Source: a virus
Taxonomy: Duplodnaviria; Caudoviricetes
Direction: 5' to 3' (one strand)
IMG/VR virus record: IMGVR_UViG_3300037742_000022
Location: 1-44,181 of that record
Length of the DNA stretch: 44,181 nt
Shown here: piece after piece, positions 1-7,349 of the stretch
Position numbering within the stretch: the first letter of the stretch is position 1
How the letters are laid out: each line of letters starts with the position of its first letter
Program-made: the position numbers and the translations under genes
Notes under the pieces: generated by a model
Databases searched by the model: none
Seen by the model: the letters and a program-made list of their open reading frames with translations, nothing else
Told to the model about the DNA's origin: nothing

Positions 1-127
1 TGGCGAACGGAATCATCTTCTCGGGGATCTCGACCCTCACTTCGGGGCGACGGCGACTATCTGGATGACGGGCGGCAGCAAATCTTTGCCGTCAGGGCCG
101 GAGAGTTCCTGCTGGATCTTGTCGCCG
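1..127. repeat. Terminal direct repeat, left copy (assembly circularisation overlap)
   Basis: Bases 1-127 are identical to 44055-44181. The repeat spans the terS/terL junction, and 127 is a common assembler k-mer length. Confidence 0.95.
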
Positions 128-516
128 TACTTCTTGGGCTTGAGCTTGGCGGCCACCCATTTCCGGGCGTCAACGCGCAGCCTGTTGCGGGCGACAGCGG
201 TGGAGTCGAACACCACTTCCGCATAGCCGTCATCGTCGTCTGCACGCACGCCCGGGTGTTTTTCGGCCCGGATCATGGTGCATTCCTCGTCCGCGATCGC
301 CACGATCTCGTCAGCCAGCGTGTCGGCCTGGTCCTCGCGGGCGCGCGTGTAAAGGTCGCGGAACTCGTCATTCGCCGCCAACCAGCGGTAAACGGTTGCC
401 TTGTCCGGCATGTCGTCGCCAGCGCAGATGGCTTTCAGGCTCTCACCATCAGCCAGCCGGGCGCACAGCCCTGCGCCGATGTCGGTGGTGTACGACGATG
501 GGCGTCCGCCTGCCAT
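37..516 (-). CDS. terS: Terminase small subunit (Sf6 gp1-like)
   Basis: MAGGRPSSYT..LADGESLKAIC..MPDKATVYRWL..ARNRLRVDARKWVAAKLKPKKYGDK. Its stop overlaps the terL GTG start (GTGA) across the circular junction. Confidence 0.9.
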   Translation of the reverse strand: MAGGRPSSYTTDIGAGLCARLADGESLKAICAGDDMPDKATVYRWLAANDEFRDLYTRAREDQADTLADEIVAIADEECTMIRAEKHPGVRADDDDGYAEVVFDSTAVARNRLRVDARKWVAAKLKPKKYGDKIQQELSGPDGKDLLPPVIQIVAVAPK

Positions 517-518
517 GA

Positions 519-731
519 CTATTGCACGATTCCGGTCACATCATCCAGCCGCAGCACCCGCTCGCCCTTGGACTTGCTGCAGTAATATTCCGCGTCCTCG
601 CGCCTGGCGAACACGCCGACGCCTTGCTGGGACAGGTGCGTCGAGATCGGCACGATCATGCCCTTCTCGACGATCACGGCCCACAGGCGGTCGGTGATGG
701 TGATTTTGTCGCCGGCCCTGAGCTTGCTCAT
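519..731 (-). CDS. Hypothetical protein (70 aa)
   Basis: Coupled by an ATGA overlap to the upstream gene; ends 2 bp before terS. Confidence 0.7.
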   Translation of the reverse strand: MSKLRAGDKITITDRLWAVIVEKGMIVPISTHLSQQGVGVFARREDAEYYCSKSKGERVLRLDDVTGIVQ

Positions 732-970
732 GCCTTCGCCTTTGCCTCGCGCTCGCGCTCGCGCAACGGGATGCCTTCATAGGCAGGGGAGACGATCACG
801 GGGAGCCCGTAGAACAGCTCCTTGCCGCTCAGGTTCGGCGCCACAAGCATCGGCTGAACCTCTGCACGAAGGCTACCGTACTCTTCCGGCGTCAGCCGCA
901 CCGCCTGCATGGGGTCATAGCCCCGCGACATATCCCACATGGCGCGCCGGATGTCGTCGACTACGCTCAC
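728..970 (-). CDS. Hypothetical protein (80 aa)
   Basis: GTG start at 970 overlaps the upstream stop (GTGA); GGAG lies upstream. Confidence 0.6.
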   Translation of the reverse strand: MSVVDDIRRAMWDMSRGYDPMQAVRLTPEEYGSLRAEVQPMLVAPNLSGKELFYGLPVIVSPAYEGIPLREREREAKAKA

Positions 971-1143
971 TTCCGCGGCTCCCACACCATGCGCCCGCTG
1001 GCATCGATCGCCGGGCGCACGTCGCGCTCTCGGGTGACGGTCTTGGGCTGGAACCGCAGCAGGCGCCTTGCGCTCGGCACTGCGCGGAGCAGGCGGGCGA
1101 GTGTCTGGCCGGATAGTCCGGTGATGGTCTGGAGTGCGTTCAC
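967..1143 (-). CDS. Hypothetical protein (58 aa, MNALQTITGLSGQTLARLL...)
   Basis: Read by hand; GTGA overlaps at both ends. Confidence 0.5.
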   Translation of the reverse strand: MNALQTITGLSGQTLARLLRAVPSARRLLRFQPKTVTRERDVRPAIDASGRMVWEPRK

Positions 1144-1283
1144 AGCTCGCTCCGCACGTCGTCCGCAGGGTAGAAATCGAAGTCGCCGGCCTCGATGACG
1201 GCCTCGGCGCGGTCATCTACCGATTTGCTACCGATTTCGGACGGATCGGTAGCAAGCTGGCCGTGCCATTGGCGCGGGATCAT
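1140..1283 (-). CDS. Hypothetical acidic peptide (47 aa)
   Basis: ATGA and GTGA overlaps with its neighbours. Confidence 0.5.
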   Translation of the reverse strand: MIPRQWHGQLATDPSEIGSKSVDDRAEAVIEAGDFDFYPADDVRSEL

Positions 1284-1420
1284 GCCACGAAGCGCCCGAG
1301 CAGCGGAATCACCGCCAGCAGCACGATCGCGATGCCGGCCAGTCGCCACGATGGCCCGACGCCGACAGCCACGAGGATGCCAAGGATCAGGGCGGCGAGT
1401 GCGAGGATCAGGGTCAGCAT
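1280..1420 (-). CDS. Small membrane protein (46 aa, two hydrophobic segments)
   Basis: MLTLILALAALILGILVAVGVGPSWRLAGIAIVLLAVIPLLG; GGAG ribosome-binding site upstream. Confidence 0.7.
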   Translation of the reverse strand: MLTLILALAALILGILVAVGVGPSWRLAGIAIVLLAVIPLLGRFVA

Positions 1421-1490
1421 GACGTGCTCCGAATAGGTGCCGGGAGCGACCCGGCGAAGCTCGCTGGGAACGCCCTGCGAGCAACCTTGT

Positions 1491-1588
1491 GCGTGCGTCG
1501 CTCGCGGACTCGAACCGCGGACTTCTCGCGCGTGGCCGTTTCGTACCACGGGCTCGCCCTCTAGCCGACTGAGGCAAGCGACGCACGC
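1491..1588 (-). ncRNA. tRNA-like structured RNA with a non-canonical anticodon arm
   Basis: 12-bp closing stem GCGTGCGTCGCT/AGCGACGCACGC; D arm CCTC-AGTCGGCTA-GAGG; T arm CGCGG-TTCGAGT-CCGCG. No 7-nt anticodon loop and no CCA. Confidence 0.7.
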
Positions 1589-1592
1589 GTCA

Positions 1593-1621
1593 ATCATTGC
1601 ACTGCTGCTTGCCGGGTTCAA
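1593..1621 (-). promoter_or_regulatory. Putative sigma70 promoter (late-promoter position)
   Basis: TTGAAC-17 bp-AATGAT with an extended -10 TG; predicted +1 falls at the 5' end of the tRNA-like RNA. Confidence 0.55.
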
Positions 1622-1626
1622 GTAGC

Positions 1627-1845
1627 TCACCAGGACATCACCGGCGGCGCCAGCTTCACCACCGCACGGCGTCGGCGCTCCCGTTGCGCCGTCTCATGCT
1701 TGATCGCGACGCACAGGCGGCATATCTCGCTTCGTCGCCGGCTGCCACGGACCCGGGCGAATTCGCACTCCGGTAAGCTCTCGCTGCAGCAGGCGCATTT
1801 GACGATCGTGATACGCCCCGGCGTGGGGAGGCTGTAGGGGCTCAT
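1627..1845 (-). CDS. Small zinc-finger-like protein (72 aa)
   Basis: CACC...CRLC motifs; ATGA overlap with the VRR-NUC gene. Confidence 0.6.
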   Translation of the reverse strand: MSPYSLPTPGRITIVKCACCSESLPECEFARVRGSRRRSEICRLCVAIKHETAQRERRRRAVVKLAPPVMSW

Positions 1846-2147
1846 GCCGCAGCCCTCGCGCCCAGCAGGCGCAGTGCGTCGTCGACGGTCTGGACGATGT
1901 GCACTGGGCAGTTGATCCGCGCCCATTCGGCGTGGAACACGCACTGCGATGGCGTCAGTTTTCGCGCGCTCGGCGGTCGGGCCGAATTCTTGATCTCGAT
2001 CCAGATCAGGCGTCCGCGCCAGCCGATGATTGCGTCGGGGAAGCCGGAGCCGACCGCGGACGTGTCGACGACCAGGGCGCCGAGCGAACGGACTGCGTTC
2101 AGGATTTCGGCGTGGTTGTCGTCGACCCTTGCGGCGCGGCGGCTCAC
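1842..2147 (-). CDS. VRR-NUC / PD-(D/E)xK nuclease (Holliday junction resolvase-like)
   Basis: RVDDNHAEI..GFPDAIIG..WIEIK catalytic pattern. Confidence 0.8.
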   Translation of the reverse strand: MSRRAARVDDNHAEILNAVRSLGALVVDTSAVGSGFPDAIIGWRGRLIWIEIKNSARPPSARKLTPSQCVFHAEWARINCPVHIVQTVDDALRLLGARAAA

Positions 2148-2458
2148 GCGGCCAGCGCCTTGCGCTTGTTCAATTCGAGCACGCCAGCGACCGCGGCCTC
2201 ATTGATCGTGACCAGGCAGTGCCGGTCCTGGGTGTTGTGCTGCGCCTCCCATGCCGGCCAGTCGCTGTGCAGGAACGTGTGGCAGTCCGGACACATCGGC
2301 ATGGCCCACAGGTCGGATGCCTTGCTGCTGCCGAACCGCATGGCGATGTTGTGGTGCGCGTGCACCAGACCGACCACGCCACACCCGCGGCAGGGTTGCT
2401 GGCGGACCCATGCGAGGTATTGGTCGCTGCGCCAAGCCGGCTGTTTCAGGAAGCTCAT
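2144..2458 (-). CDS. DUF968-like Zn/HNH-type protein (104 aa)
   Basis: YLAWVRQQPCRGCG..HAHH..KASDLWAMPMCPDCH; start taken at MSFLK (ATGA overlap). Confidence 0.75.
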   Translation of the reverse strand: MSFLKQPAWRSDQYLAWVRQQPCRGCGVVGLVHAHHNIAMRFGSSKASDLWAMPMCPDCHTFLHSDWPAWEAQHNTQDRHCLVTINEAAVAGVLELNKRKALAA

Positions 2459-2913
2459 GCCGCGCGCCTCCGCTTCGGCTGTTCGTCTTTCTTCGGGAAC
2501 TCCAGCGCGACCCGGCCGGCGTAGTGGTCCTGCACTTGATGCGCGTAGTTGTCGAACTGCGCCTGCGTCATCAGGCTGGTCACCGGCACGAAACGCATCG
2601 CCTTCACCTTCTGCTCGTAGGTCAGGACGTTTTTCATGCCGGCGTCGTAGAACTCGCGGAAGTCGGCATCCTCGGCACGCAGGATCGGCACGCCGAAGTG
2701 CAGCTTGCAGAACGCCTTTACCCCGGCGGCATCGTCCTCGCGCAGCTCGTTTGCCACCTGGATGTACCAGCAGTGCGACAGGGCGTTGTAGTCGAGCGAT
2801 CGATCCTTGCCCGTCTTCACCGACACCCGCAGGAACTTGTGCCGGTTCCATGCCTCGCGGATGTCGCCGATGAACTTCGACAGGCTCTCGGTGCTGTTGA
2901 TGGTCGTGGTCAT
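2455..2913 (-). CDS. NinB/Orf-like recombination protein (152 aa)
   Basis: RSLDYNALSHCW..CKLHFGVPIL..VTSLMTQAQFDNY pattern; nin-region context. Confidence 0.65.
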   Translation of the reverse strand: MTTTINSTESLSKFIGDIREAWNRHKFLRVSVKTGKDRSLDYNALSHCWYIQVANELREDDAAGVKAFCKLHFGVPILRAEDADFREFYDAGMKNVLTYEQKVKAMRFVPVTSLMTQAQFDNYAHQVQDHYAGRVALEFPKKDEQPKRRRAA

Positions 2914-3413
2914 GCGGCACGGCTCCGCGGAATGCTCACGACGATTCCAAGCCCGCTGCGTTCCAGCGCGGCGACGTTGGTGATGCCGTAGGCGACAAGG
3001 CAGATCGGCGCGCCGCTGTTGGACCGTGCGCGGCTTCCATCGGGGTGGCAAAAATGCGGGCGAGTCCGCATAAACAGCACGGCGTCAGCACTGCCCCAGA
3101 TGTGCGCGTAGAACCATTTCGTTTCCGTGCGTGCCGGAACCAGCGCGATCCCGTTACCGTGGTCGGCGAGTTTCGCCAGCCATGCCGCCGCCTCGTCACC
3201 GAAGGGCGGATTCAGCCAGACGCGGTTTCCGGTCCAGTCGGCAGCGAGACCGTCATCGGGCAGCGTGATGTGCTGCAGCGCGGTCACCCACGGACGGGGC
3301 TCAGGCGCGGCGCAGGGATCGAGGCCGAACACGCCAAGCGCGCGCACGATGGGCTCGGGCGTCAACCATGTCGTCGTGCCGGCGCGTGCCGATTGGTGCG
3401 ACGACAGGCTCAC
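2910..3413 (-). CDS. dam: Phage DNA N6-adenine methyltransferase (Dam-type, 167 aa)
   Basis: WLTP..LDPCA..VWLNPPFG..LVPARTETKWF motifs; GTG start at 3413. Confidence 0.85.
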   Translation of the reverse strand: MSLSSHQSARAGTTTWLTPEPIVRALGVFGLDPCAAPEPRPWVTALQHITLPDDGLAADWTGNRVWLNPPFGDEAAAWLAKLADHGNGIALVPARTETKWFYAHIWGSADAVLFMRTRPHFCHPDGSRARSNSGAPICLVAYGITNVAALERSGLGIVVSIPRSRAA

Positions 3414-3456
3414 AACCCCACCGCCCGCGCCGATGCGCGTAGGGTGTCGCCGACTT

Positions 3457-3654
3457 TCATGCCTTGCTCCTGTTGCGCGCCTTGGCTGCTGCTGCGACGG
3501 CGCGGGTTTTGTAGAGGCCCGACAGGTACGCCAGCGCGTCCGCCTGCATCGGTTCGGGCAGCATCGCCACCTGTGCGCGCCACTGCGTATCCGGGTAGCG
3601 CAGCGCGATGATCGAGGCCATGTAGACGCCGGTTGCGTGGGGAGGCCATTGCAT
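3457..3654 (-). CDS. Hypothetical protein (65 aa)
   Basis: ORF abuts the upstream gene on the operon strand. Confidence 0.55.
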   Translation of the reverse strand: MQWPPHATGVYMASIIALRYPDTQWRAQVAMLPEPMQADALAYLSGLYKTRAVAAAAKARNRSKA

Positions 3655-3831
3655 TCACTTGCGCCGCCCGGACACGACGGCATCGACGTAGCGATACGCG
3701 CCGCCGTCGGCCAGTCCAAGTTCGGCCAGATCGGCTCGCACGGCGCGCTCGGTCGTTTGGAGGTACGCGGCGATCTCCGCCGGGTTGCAGTGCTCGGCGT
3801 GGAACGCTGTGAGGGTTTCGGCGGCGGTCAT
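3655..3831 (-). CDS. Small HTH-like protein (58 aa)
   Basis: NPAEIAAYLQTTERAVRADL resembles a helix-turn-helix; ATGA overlap with the loader gene. Confidence 0.55.
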   Translation of the reverse strand: MTAAETLTAFHAEHCNPAEIAAYLQTTERAVRADLAELGLADGGAYRYVDAVVSGRRK

Positions 3832-4637
3832 GCGGCGCGTTGCCCGCGGTGGCTGGTCCAGTCGAACGCCAGCACGCCCCCACACTCCCGGAATCGGTCC
3901 ATGATCCGCTGCCCGATGTAGCCCTCCAGATCCGAGCCGCTGAGATTTGAGATGAGGATGGTCGGCCGCAACGATTGGTAGCGCTCGTTCAGCACTTCGA
4001 ACAGCAGCATCTTTTCGTGGTCGCTGCCGGTCTGGACGCCGATCTCGTCAATGATGAGCAGGTCGGGCTCGACCAGATCGTTGATCGCGTCTTGCTCGCT
4101 GCGGTCGCTGTCGCGGCGATAGGTGTCCTTGATGTGCCGCAGCAGTTGCGTGACCGTGCCGAACCACGGTACTGCGAGGTGCTGGCGGGCCACCGCGGAG
4201 GCGATGGCGCAGGCCAGATGCGTCTTGCCGGTGCCAGGGCCGCCGGTCAGAACCAAGCTGCTGCCTGACGCGGCGCCATCCGCCTCCGCCCAACTGTCGG
4301 CGAAACTCTTGCACACCGACACCGCAAGGCGCTGGCCTTGGTTATCAGCATGGAAATTCGCGAAGGTCTTGTCGACGAAGCGCGAGGGGATGCCGGAGCG
4401 GCCCAGGATGTTGTGCACCCGAGCGTCACGGGCGGCTGCCCTCGCCTGATTTTCCTCCTGTACGCGGCGCGCCTTGTTCGCCGCCATGCACTCGGGGCAC
4501 GCTCCGATGATGTTCTGTCCGCCCAACGCGGACATGTCGATCACGTTCGCCATGTAGGCGCCGTGCTCACCGCATTGGCGCTCAACCTGCTGCAAGGGCG
4601 GCACGAGCGGCGGCACGGAGGGATGGGCGGAGTTCAT
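3828..4637 (-). CDS. DnaC/IstB-like helicase loader AAA+ ATPase
   Basis: N-terminal CGEHG..CPEC zinc motif, Walker A GGPGTGKT, Walker B DLLIIDE, and PTILISNL..RIMDR. Confidence 0.9.
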   Translation of the reverse strand: MNSAHPSVPPLVPPLQQVERQCGEHGAYMANVIDMSALGGQNIIGACPECMAANKARRVQEENQARAAARDARVHNILGRSGIPSRFVDKTFANFHADNQGQRLAVSVCKSFADSWAEADGAASGSSLVLTGGPGTGKTHLACAIASAVARQHLAVPWFGTVTQLLRHIKDTYRRDSDRSEQDAINDLVEPDLLIIDEIGVQTGSDHEKMLLFEVLNERYQSLRPTILISNLSGSDLEGYIGQRIMDRFRECGGVLAFDWTSHRGQRAA

Positions 4638-5394
4638 CGATCGGAGTCCCTTGGTAGGTTTTGCCGGCGAAGTTGTCGGCGGCGGATGGTTTCGATGGGG
4701 CTTTCGCCTGCCCCGGCTTGTTCTGCTCGGACCCCAGCCAGTTCGCGATGAACTTCAGGCATCCGCCCCGCGTCTTCCGCTTTTTGGGGTTGGCCAGGGC
4801 CCAGCCGCGCATGCGACGCAGCTCATGCGGGATATCGACGCCGGGGTAACAGGGCGCGAAGTCGTCGATATGCGCCTGGGTGACGGCGAACTCGCTGCCG
4901 TCTGCCAGTGGAATCAGGAAGGCCGGAGTCGGCGTAGCCGGCGAAGGTTCTGGCCCTGCTTCTTTTTCGGCTTCGCCTTTGATAGCGACTTCGACTTCGT
5001 CTCCGTCTAGCGCGGTGGATTCCGGAAGTTCACCGTGATCCACCGTGGATTCCGGTGGAACGCTTGGAGTCTCGGGAATGTCCGGGTACTTCGACTTGCC
5101 CTGAATGCGCTGCCCGAAGTCCTGCAGCTGCAGATATGGCTTGGCTCCGACCGTGTAGAGAACGATCAGTCCGGCATCTACAGCCTCGGCTAGATGCTTT
5201 TTGATCGAGTCTTCTTTCACGCTATCGAGCTTCAGCGGGTAGCAGGACGCACGGAGCAGCGTCAGGTTCGCGGAGAAGCGCCCGTAGTCATCGACCACGG
5301 ACATCAGGCGCCGGTAGAACAGCTCGGCTCGCTCAGTGAGCGCGTTGATGCGCTCACTGGTGAGGATGCCGTCGCGGATCATCCGGGTTGGCAT
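4582..5394 (-). CDS. Phage replication initiator protein
   Basis: MPTRMIRDGILTSERINAL..FYRRLMSVVDDYGRF N-terminus, low-complexity linker and C-terminal W..ANPKKRKTR..KFIANWL domain; directly upstream of the DnaC-like gene. Confidence 0.8.
   Translation of the reverse strand: MPTRMIRDGILTSERINALTERAELFYRRLMSVVDDYGRFSANLTLLRASCYPLKLDSVKEDSIKKHLAEAVDAGLIVLYTVGAKPYLQLQDFGQRIQGKSKYPDIPETPSVPPESTVDHGELPESTALDGDEVEVAIKGEAEKEAGPEPSPATPTPAFLIPLADGSEFAVTQAHIDDFAPCYPGVDIPHELRRMRGWALANPKKRKTRGGCLKFIANWLGSEQNKPGQAKAPSKPSAADNFAGKTYQGTPIDELRPSLRAAARAALAAG
5011..5060. repeat. Imperfect 10-bp periodic repeats in the initiator gene (candidate origin iterons)
   Basis: cgcggtggat/tccggaagtt/caccgtgatc/caccgtggat/tccggtggaa; GTGGATTCCGG occurs at 5015 and 5045. 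Confidence 0.45.
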
Positions 5395-5397
5395 GGT

Positions 5398-5949
5398 TCA
5401 GTCCCGCCCCTGCCCCAGCAGGCGGATGTCGTGCTTTCGGAACAGCTCCATCAGGTCGGAGAAGAACGCGCCATCCAACCCATCGGTGTCGAGCATCCCC
5501 GACATCTTCTGGAATGCATCGGTGCCGATGCCAAACATCGAAAGGTTTCGAACGAAGCGCCCGGCCGCGAATTGGCAAGGTGCGCTTTTCTCGACCTTTG
5601 CAAGCAGCGTCAGCAGTTCCGCATCGGCCATCCAATCAGCGACTGCCCCTGCGCCGTACGCAAAGAAGTCGTCGATCCCCATTGGACCGTCCACGTCCAG
5701 GCGCGCAAGCAACGCGCTCTGGATGTCCTTGGCGACGTGCGTCTGGTCGTGGCGCGGTTGGCAGAGAACCACCAGCTCGATGTCATCGTATTCCCAGGGC
5801 ATCCGGCCTTTGACGTATCGCTTGTGGTGCACGGAAAGCATCGAGCTTTCGTCATGGCAGGGCTGGCACATCCAGTCCGCATCCTCAAGCTTCTTGAGGC
5901 GCTTTTTCTGCCACCGCGGGTCGCGCAATAGGTCTGCGTACTTGGTCAT
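5398..5949 (-). CDS. HNH-like nuclease-domain protein
   Basis: YADLLRDPRWQKKRL..CQPC..LSVHH..Y..PWEY..LVVLCQPRH (second CxxC degenerate). The frame stays open upstream to an ATG at 6111. Confidence 0.7.
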   Translation of the reverse strand: MTKYADLLRDPRWQKKRLKKLEDADWMCQPCHDESSMLSVHHKRYVKGRMPWEYDDIELVVLCQPRHDQTHVAKDIQSALLARLDVDGPMGIDDFFAYGAGAVADWMADAELLTLLAKVEKSAPCQFAAGRFVRNLSMFGIGTDAFQKMSGMLDTDGLDGAFFSDLMELFRKHDIRLLGQGRD

Positions 5950-5957
5950 CGTGTTAG

Positions 5958-6047
5958 TCCCTAGCCGTCCTAGAAGTGCCGCAGACCGCCAACCCGCTAG
6001 GCTCGGGCTGTCCTGCTCGGCGCTACCGGGCAGTGAGGCGGTGCGGT
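5958..6047 (-). promoter_or_regulatory. Structured three-way-junction leader upstream of the HNH/replication genes
   Basis: CCGCACCGCC/GGCGG(TC)TGCGG closes the hairpins CTGCCCGG/CCGAGCAG and CCCG-AGCCTAG-CGGG; CTAG occurs at 5961, 5970 and 5997. Confidence 0.45.
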
Positions 6048-6107
6048 TTTCAAAAGGATCAGGCGAATACAGCCGCCGCATGTTGTCGATCCGCTCGGCG
6101 TGGGCGG

Positions 6108-6245
6108 TCATGCGGCGCGACTCAGTTGGTCCGCCATCGCATCCGCCCGCTCCATCGCCCGCAGCCACAGCATGCGACGGCGCGCGCGTAGGCCAAGCGC
6201 AGCGATGACCAGCAGCGCGGACAGCATGGGGAGGGTGTCGATCAT
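6108..6245 (-). CDS. Small membrane-anchored protein (45 aa)
   Basis: MIDTLPMLSALLVIAALGL; ATGA overlap with the Cro-like gene. Confidence 0.6.
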   Translation of the reverse strand: MIDTLPMLSALLVIAALGLRARRRMLWLRAMERADAMADQLSRAA

Positions 6246-6427
6246 GCGACCTCTTTCAGTTCGTTGCGGGCAAGCGCGATGATCTTCTCCCCGAGCAGCC
6301 AGCGGTTCCCGTCTTGCCCCTTCTGGATCCGCATGATCTCGCGTGGGGCAATGTTGAGCTGCCCGGCGATCCACAGGGCGGACTTGCCGGCCTGGTTGAG
6401 CTTGTCGATAGCGGTCTTGGGGTCCAT
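6242..6427 (-). CDS. Cro-like HTH transcriptional regulator (61 aa)
   Basis: GKSALWIAGQLNIAPREIMRIQKG..WLLGEKIIALA; first gene after the divergent promoter region. Confidence 0.7.
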   Translation of the reverse strand: MDPKTAIDKLNQAGKSALWIAGQLNIAPREIMRIQKGQDGNRWLLGEKIIALARNELKEVA

Positions 6428-6433
6428 GCGGCG

Positions 6434-6536
6434 AAGATACGGCCGGATTCGCGGGGTGTCCAATTGAAGAAACCTATCGTTCCGCATGACCGATAGGAAA
6501 GATCAATTGGAACTCGGAACGGGCCGGGCGGATGAT
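6434..6536. promoter_or_regulatory. Divergent promoter pair around a symmetric operator-like palindrome
   Basis: Leftward TGGACA-17-TATCTT (near-leaderless cro-like mRNA) and rightward TGGAAC-17-GATGAT, with CCAATTGA..CCTATCG-N11-CGATAGG..TCAATTGG between them. Confidence 0.65.
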
Positions 6537-6571
6537 TCATCCACGCCAACCACAGGCACCAGGAGCGCAGC

Positions 6572-6700
6572 ATGTCCATCCCAATCCTTCTCACCCTCGC
6601 CGTCGTCGAGCTGATCCTCGGTGCGGCCTGGATCTGGCGCAAGCGTCGTTCGTTCGAGTCTCAGCGCAACGCTTGGGGCGATTCGGAGTTTCGGGCGTGA
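6572..6700 (+). CDS. Small membrane protein (42 aa), first early gene
   Basis: AGGAG ribosome-binding site; MSIPILLTLAVVELILGAAWIWRKRR. Confidence 0.65.
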   Translation: MSIPILLTLAVVELILGAAWIWRKRRSFESQRNAWGDSEFRA

Positions 6701-6942
6701 GCTGGTTAACGATCCGAGATCGGGAAGGGTGCATTTCTGTTCGTGAGATGCGGTCGCTTTTCGAGGAATGCATTCGCGATACCAAAAAGTTGAGCGACAC
6801 CACCCCTCTCGGGGTCATGGAGGTCAACGGCGAGTTCTCCCATTACATGGACCCCGACACCGACACGATGTGGCTCGGGTTTGCCATCGGCCTGCGCTGT
6901 GCTGAGCGACTGGCGCGGTCTGACGCAGGAGCCACCGCATGA
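6697..6942 (+). CDS. Hypothetical protein (81 aa)
   Basis: GTGA and ATGA overlaps with its neighbours. Confidence 0.6.
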   Translation: MSWLTIRDREGCISVREMRSLFEECIRDTKKLSDTTPLGVMEVNGEFSHYMDPDTDTMWLGFAIGLRCAERLARSDAGATA

Positions 6943-7349
6943 CGGCCGCGAAGCCGAGTGCGGGCGTGACGCCGGCGCTCGACGTGACGGCAGGCCCTTG
7001 GGCGGTTGTCGAGCGCCAGCCCGAAGAAGACGGGACCGTGTACCCCTTCCGAGTAGCTGGCGACGATGACCATCACGTGTGCTTCATGGAATGGCTTTTC
7101 GATGCCACGCTACTGGGCGAAGTCCACCCTCGCGCACGCGCCAACGCCCGCCTAATCGCCGAAGCCGGCACGGTCTATCACGAAACACAGATGACGCCGA
7201 GGCAGTTGGCGGATGAGGTTGCGCGGCTCAAGACGCAGCTGGATGCGTTGCTGGGTGCGCTGAGAAAGTGCAAGACAGCATCGCTGCCAACCGAAATCCG
7301 TGACCTTGTGAACGCCGCCATCGCCCTTGCCACGGGAGGAGTGAAATGA
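6939..7349 (+). CDS. Hypothetical phage protein (136 aa)
   Basis: TAGPW...ANARLIAEA motif common in small phage early proteins. Confidence 0.75.
   Translation: MTAAKPSAGVTPALDVTAGPWAVVERQPEEDGTVYPFRVAGDDDHHVCFMEWLFDATLLGEVHPRARANARLIAEAGTVYHETQMTPRQLADEVARLKTQLDALLGALRKCKTASLPTEIRDLVNAAIALATGGVK

Noticed and set aside
1280-1420. Assignment of this peptide as the holin
   Set aside because: A better multi-transmembrane candidate lies next to the endolysin (19774-20316). The role of this peptide is unknown.
1495-1583. A canonical, decoding tRNA gene
   Set aside because: There is no 5-bp stem with a 7-nt anticodon loop and U33, so no anticodon can be assigned. It is reported as tRNA-like instead.
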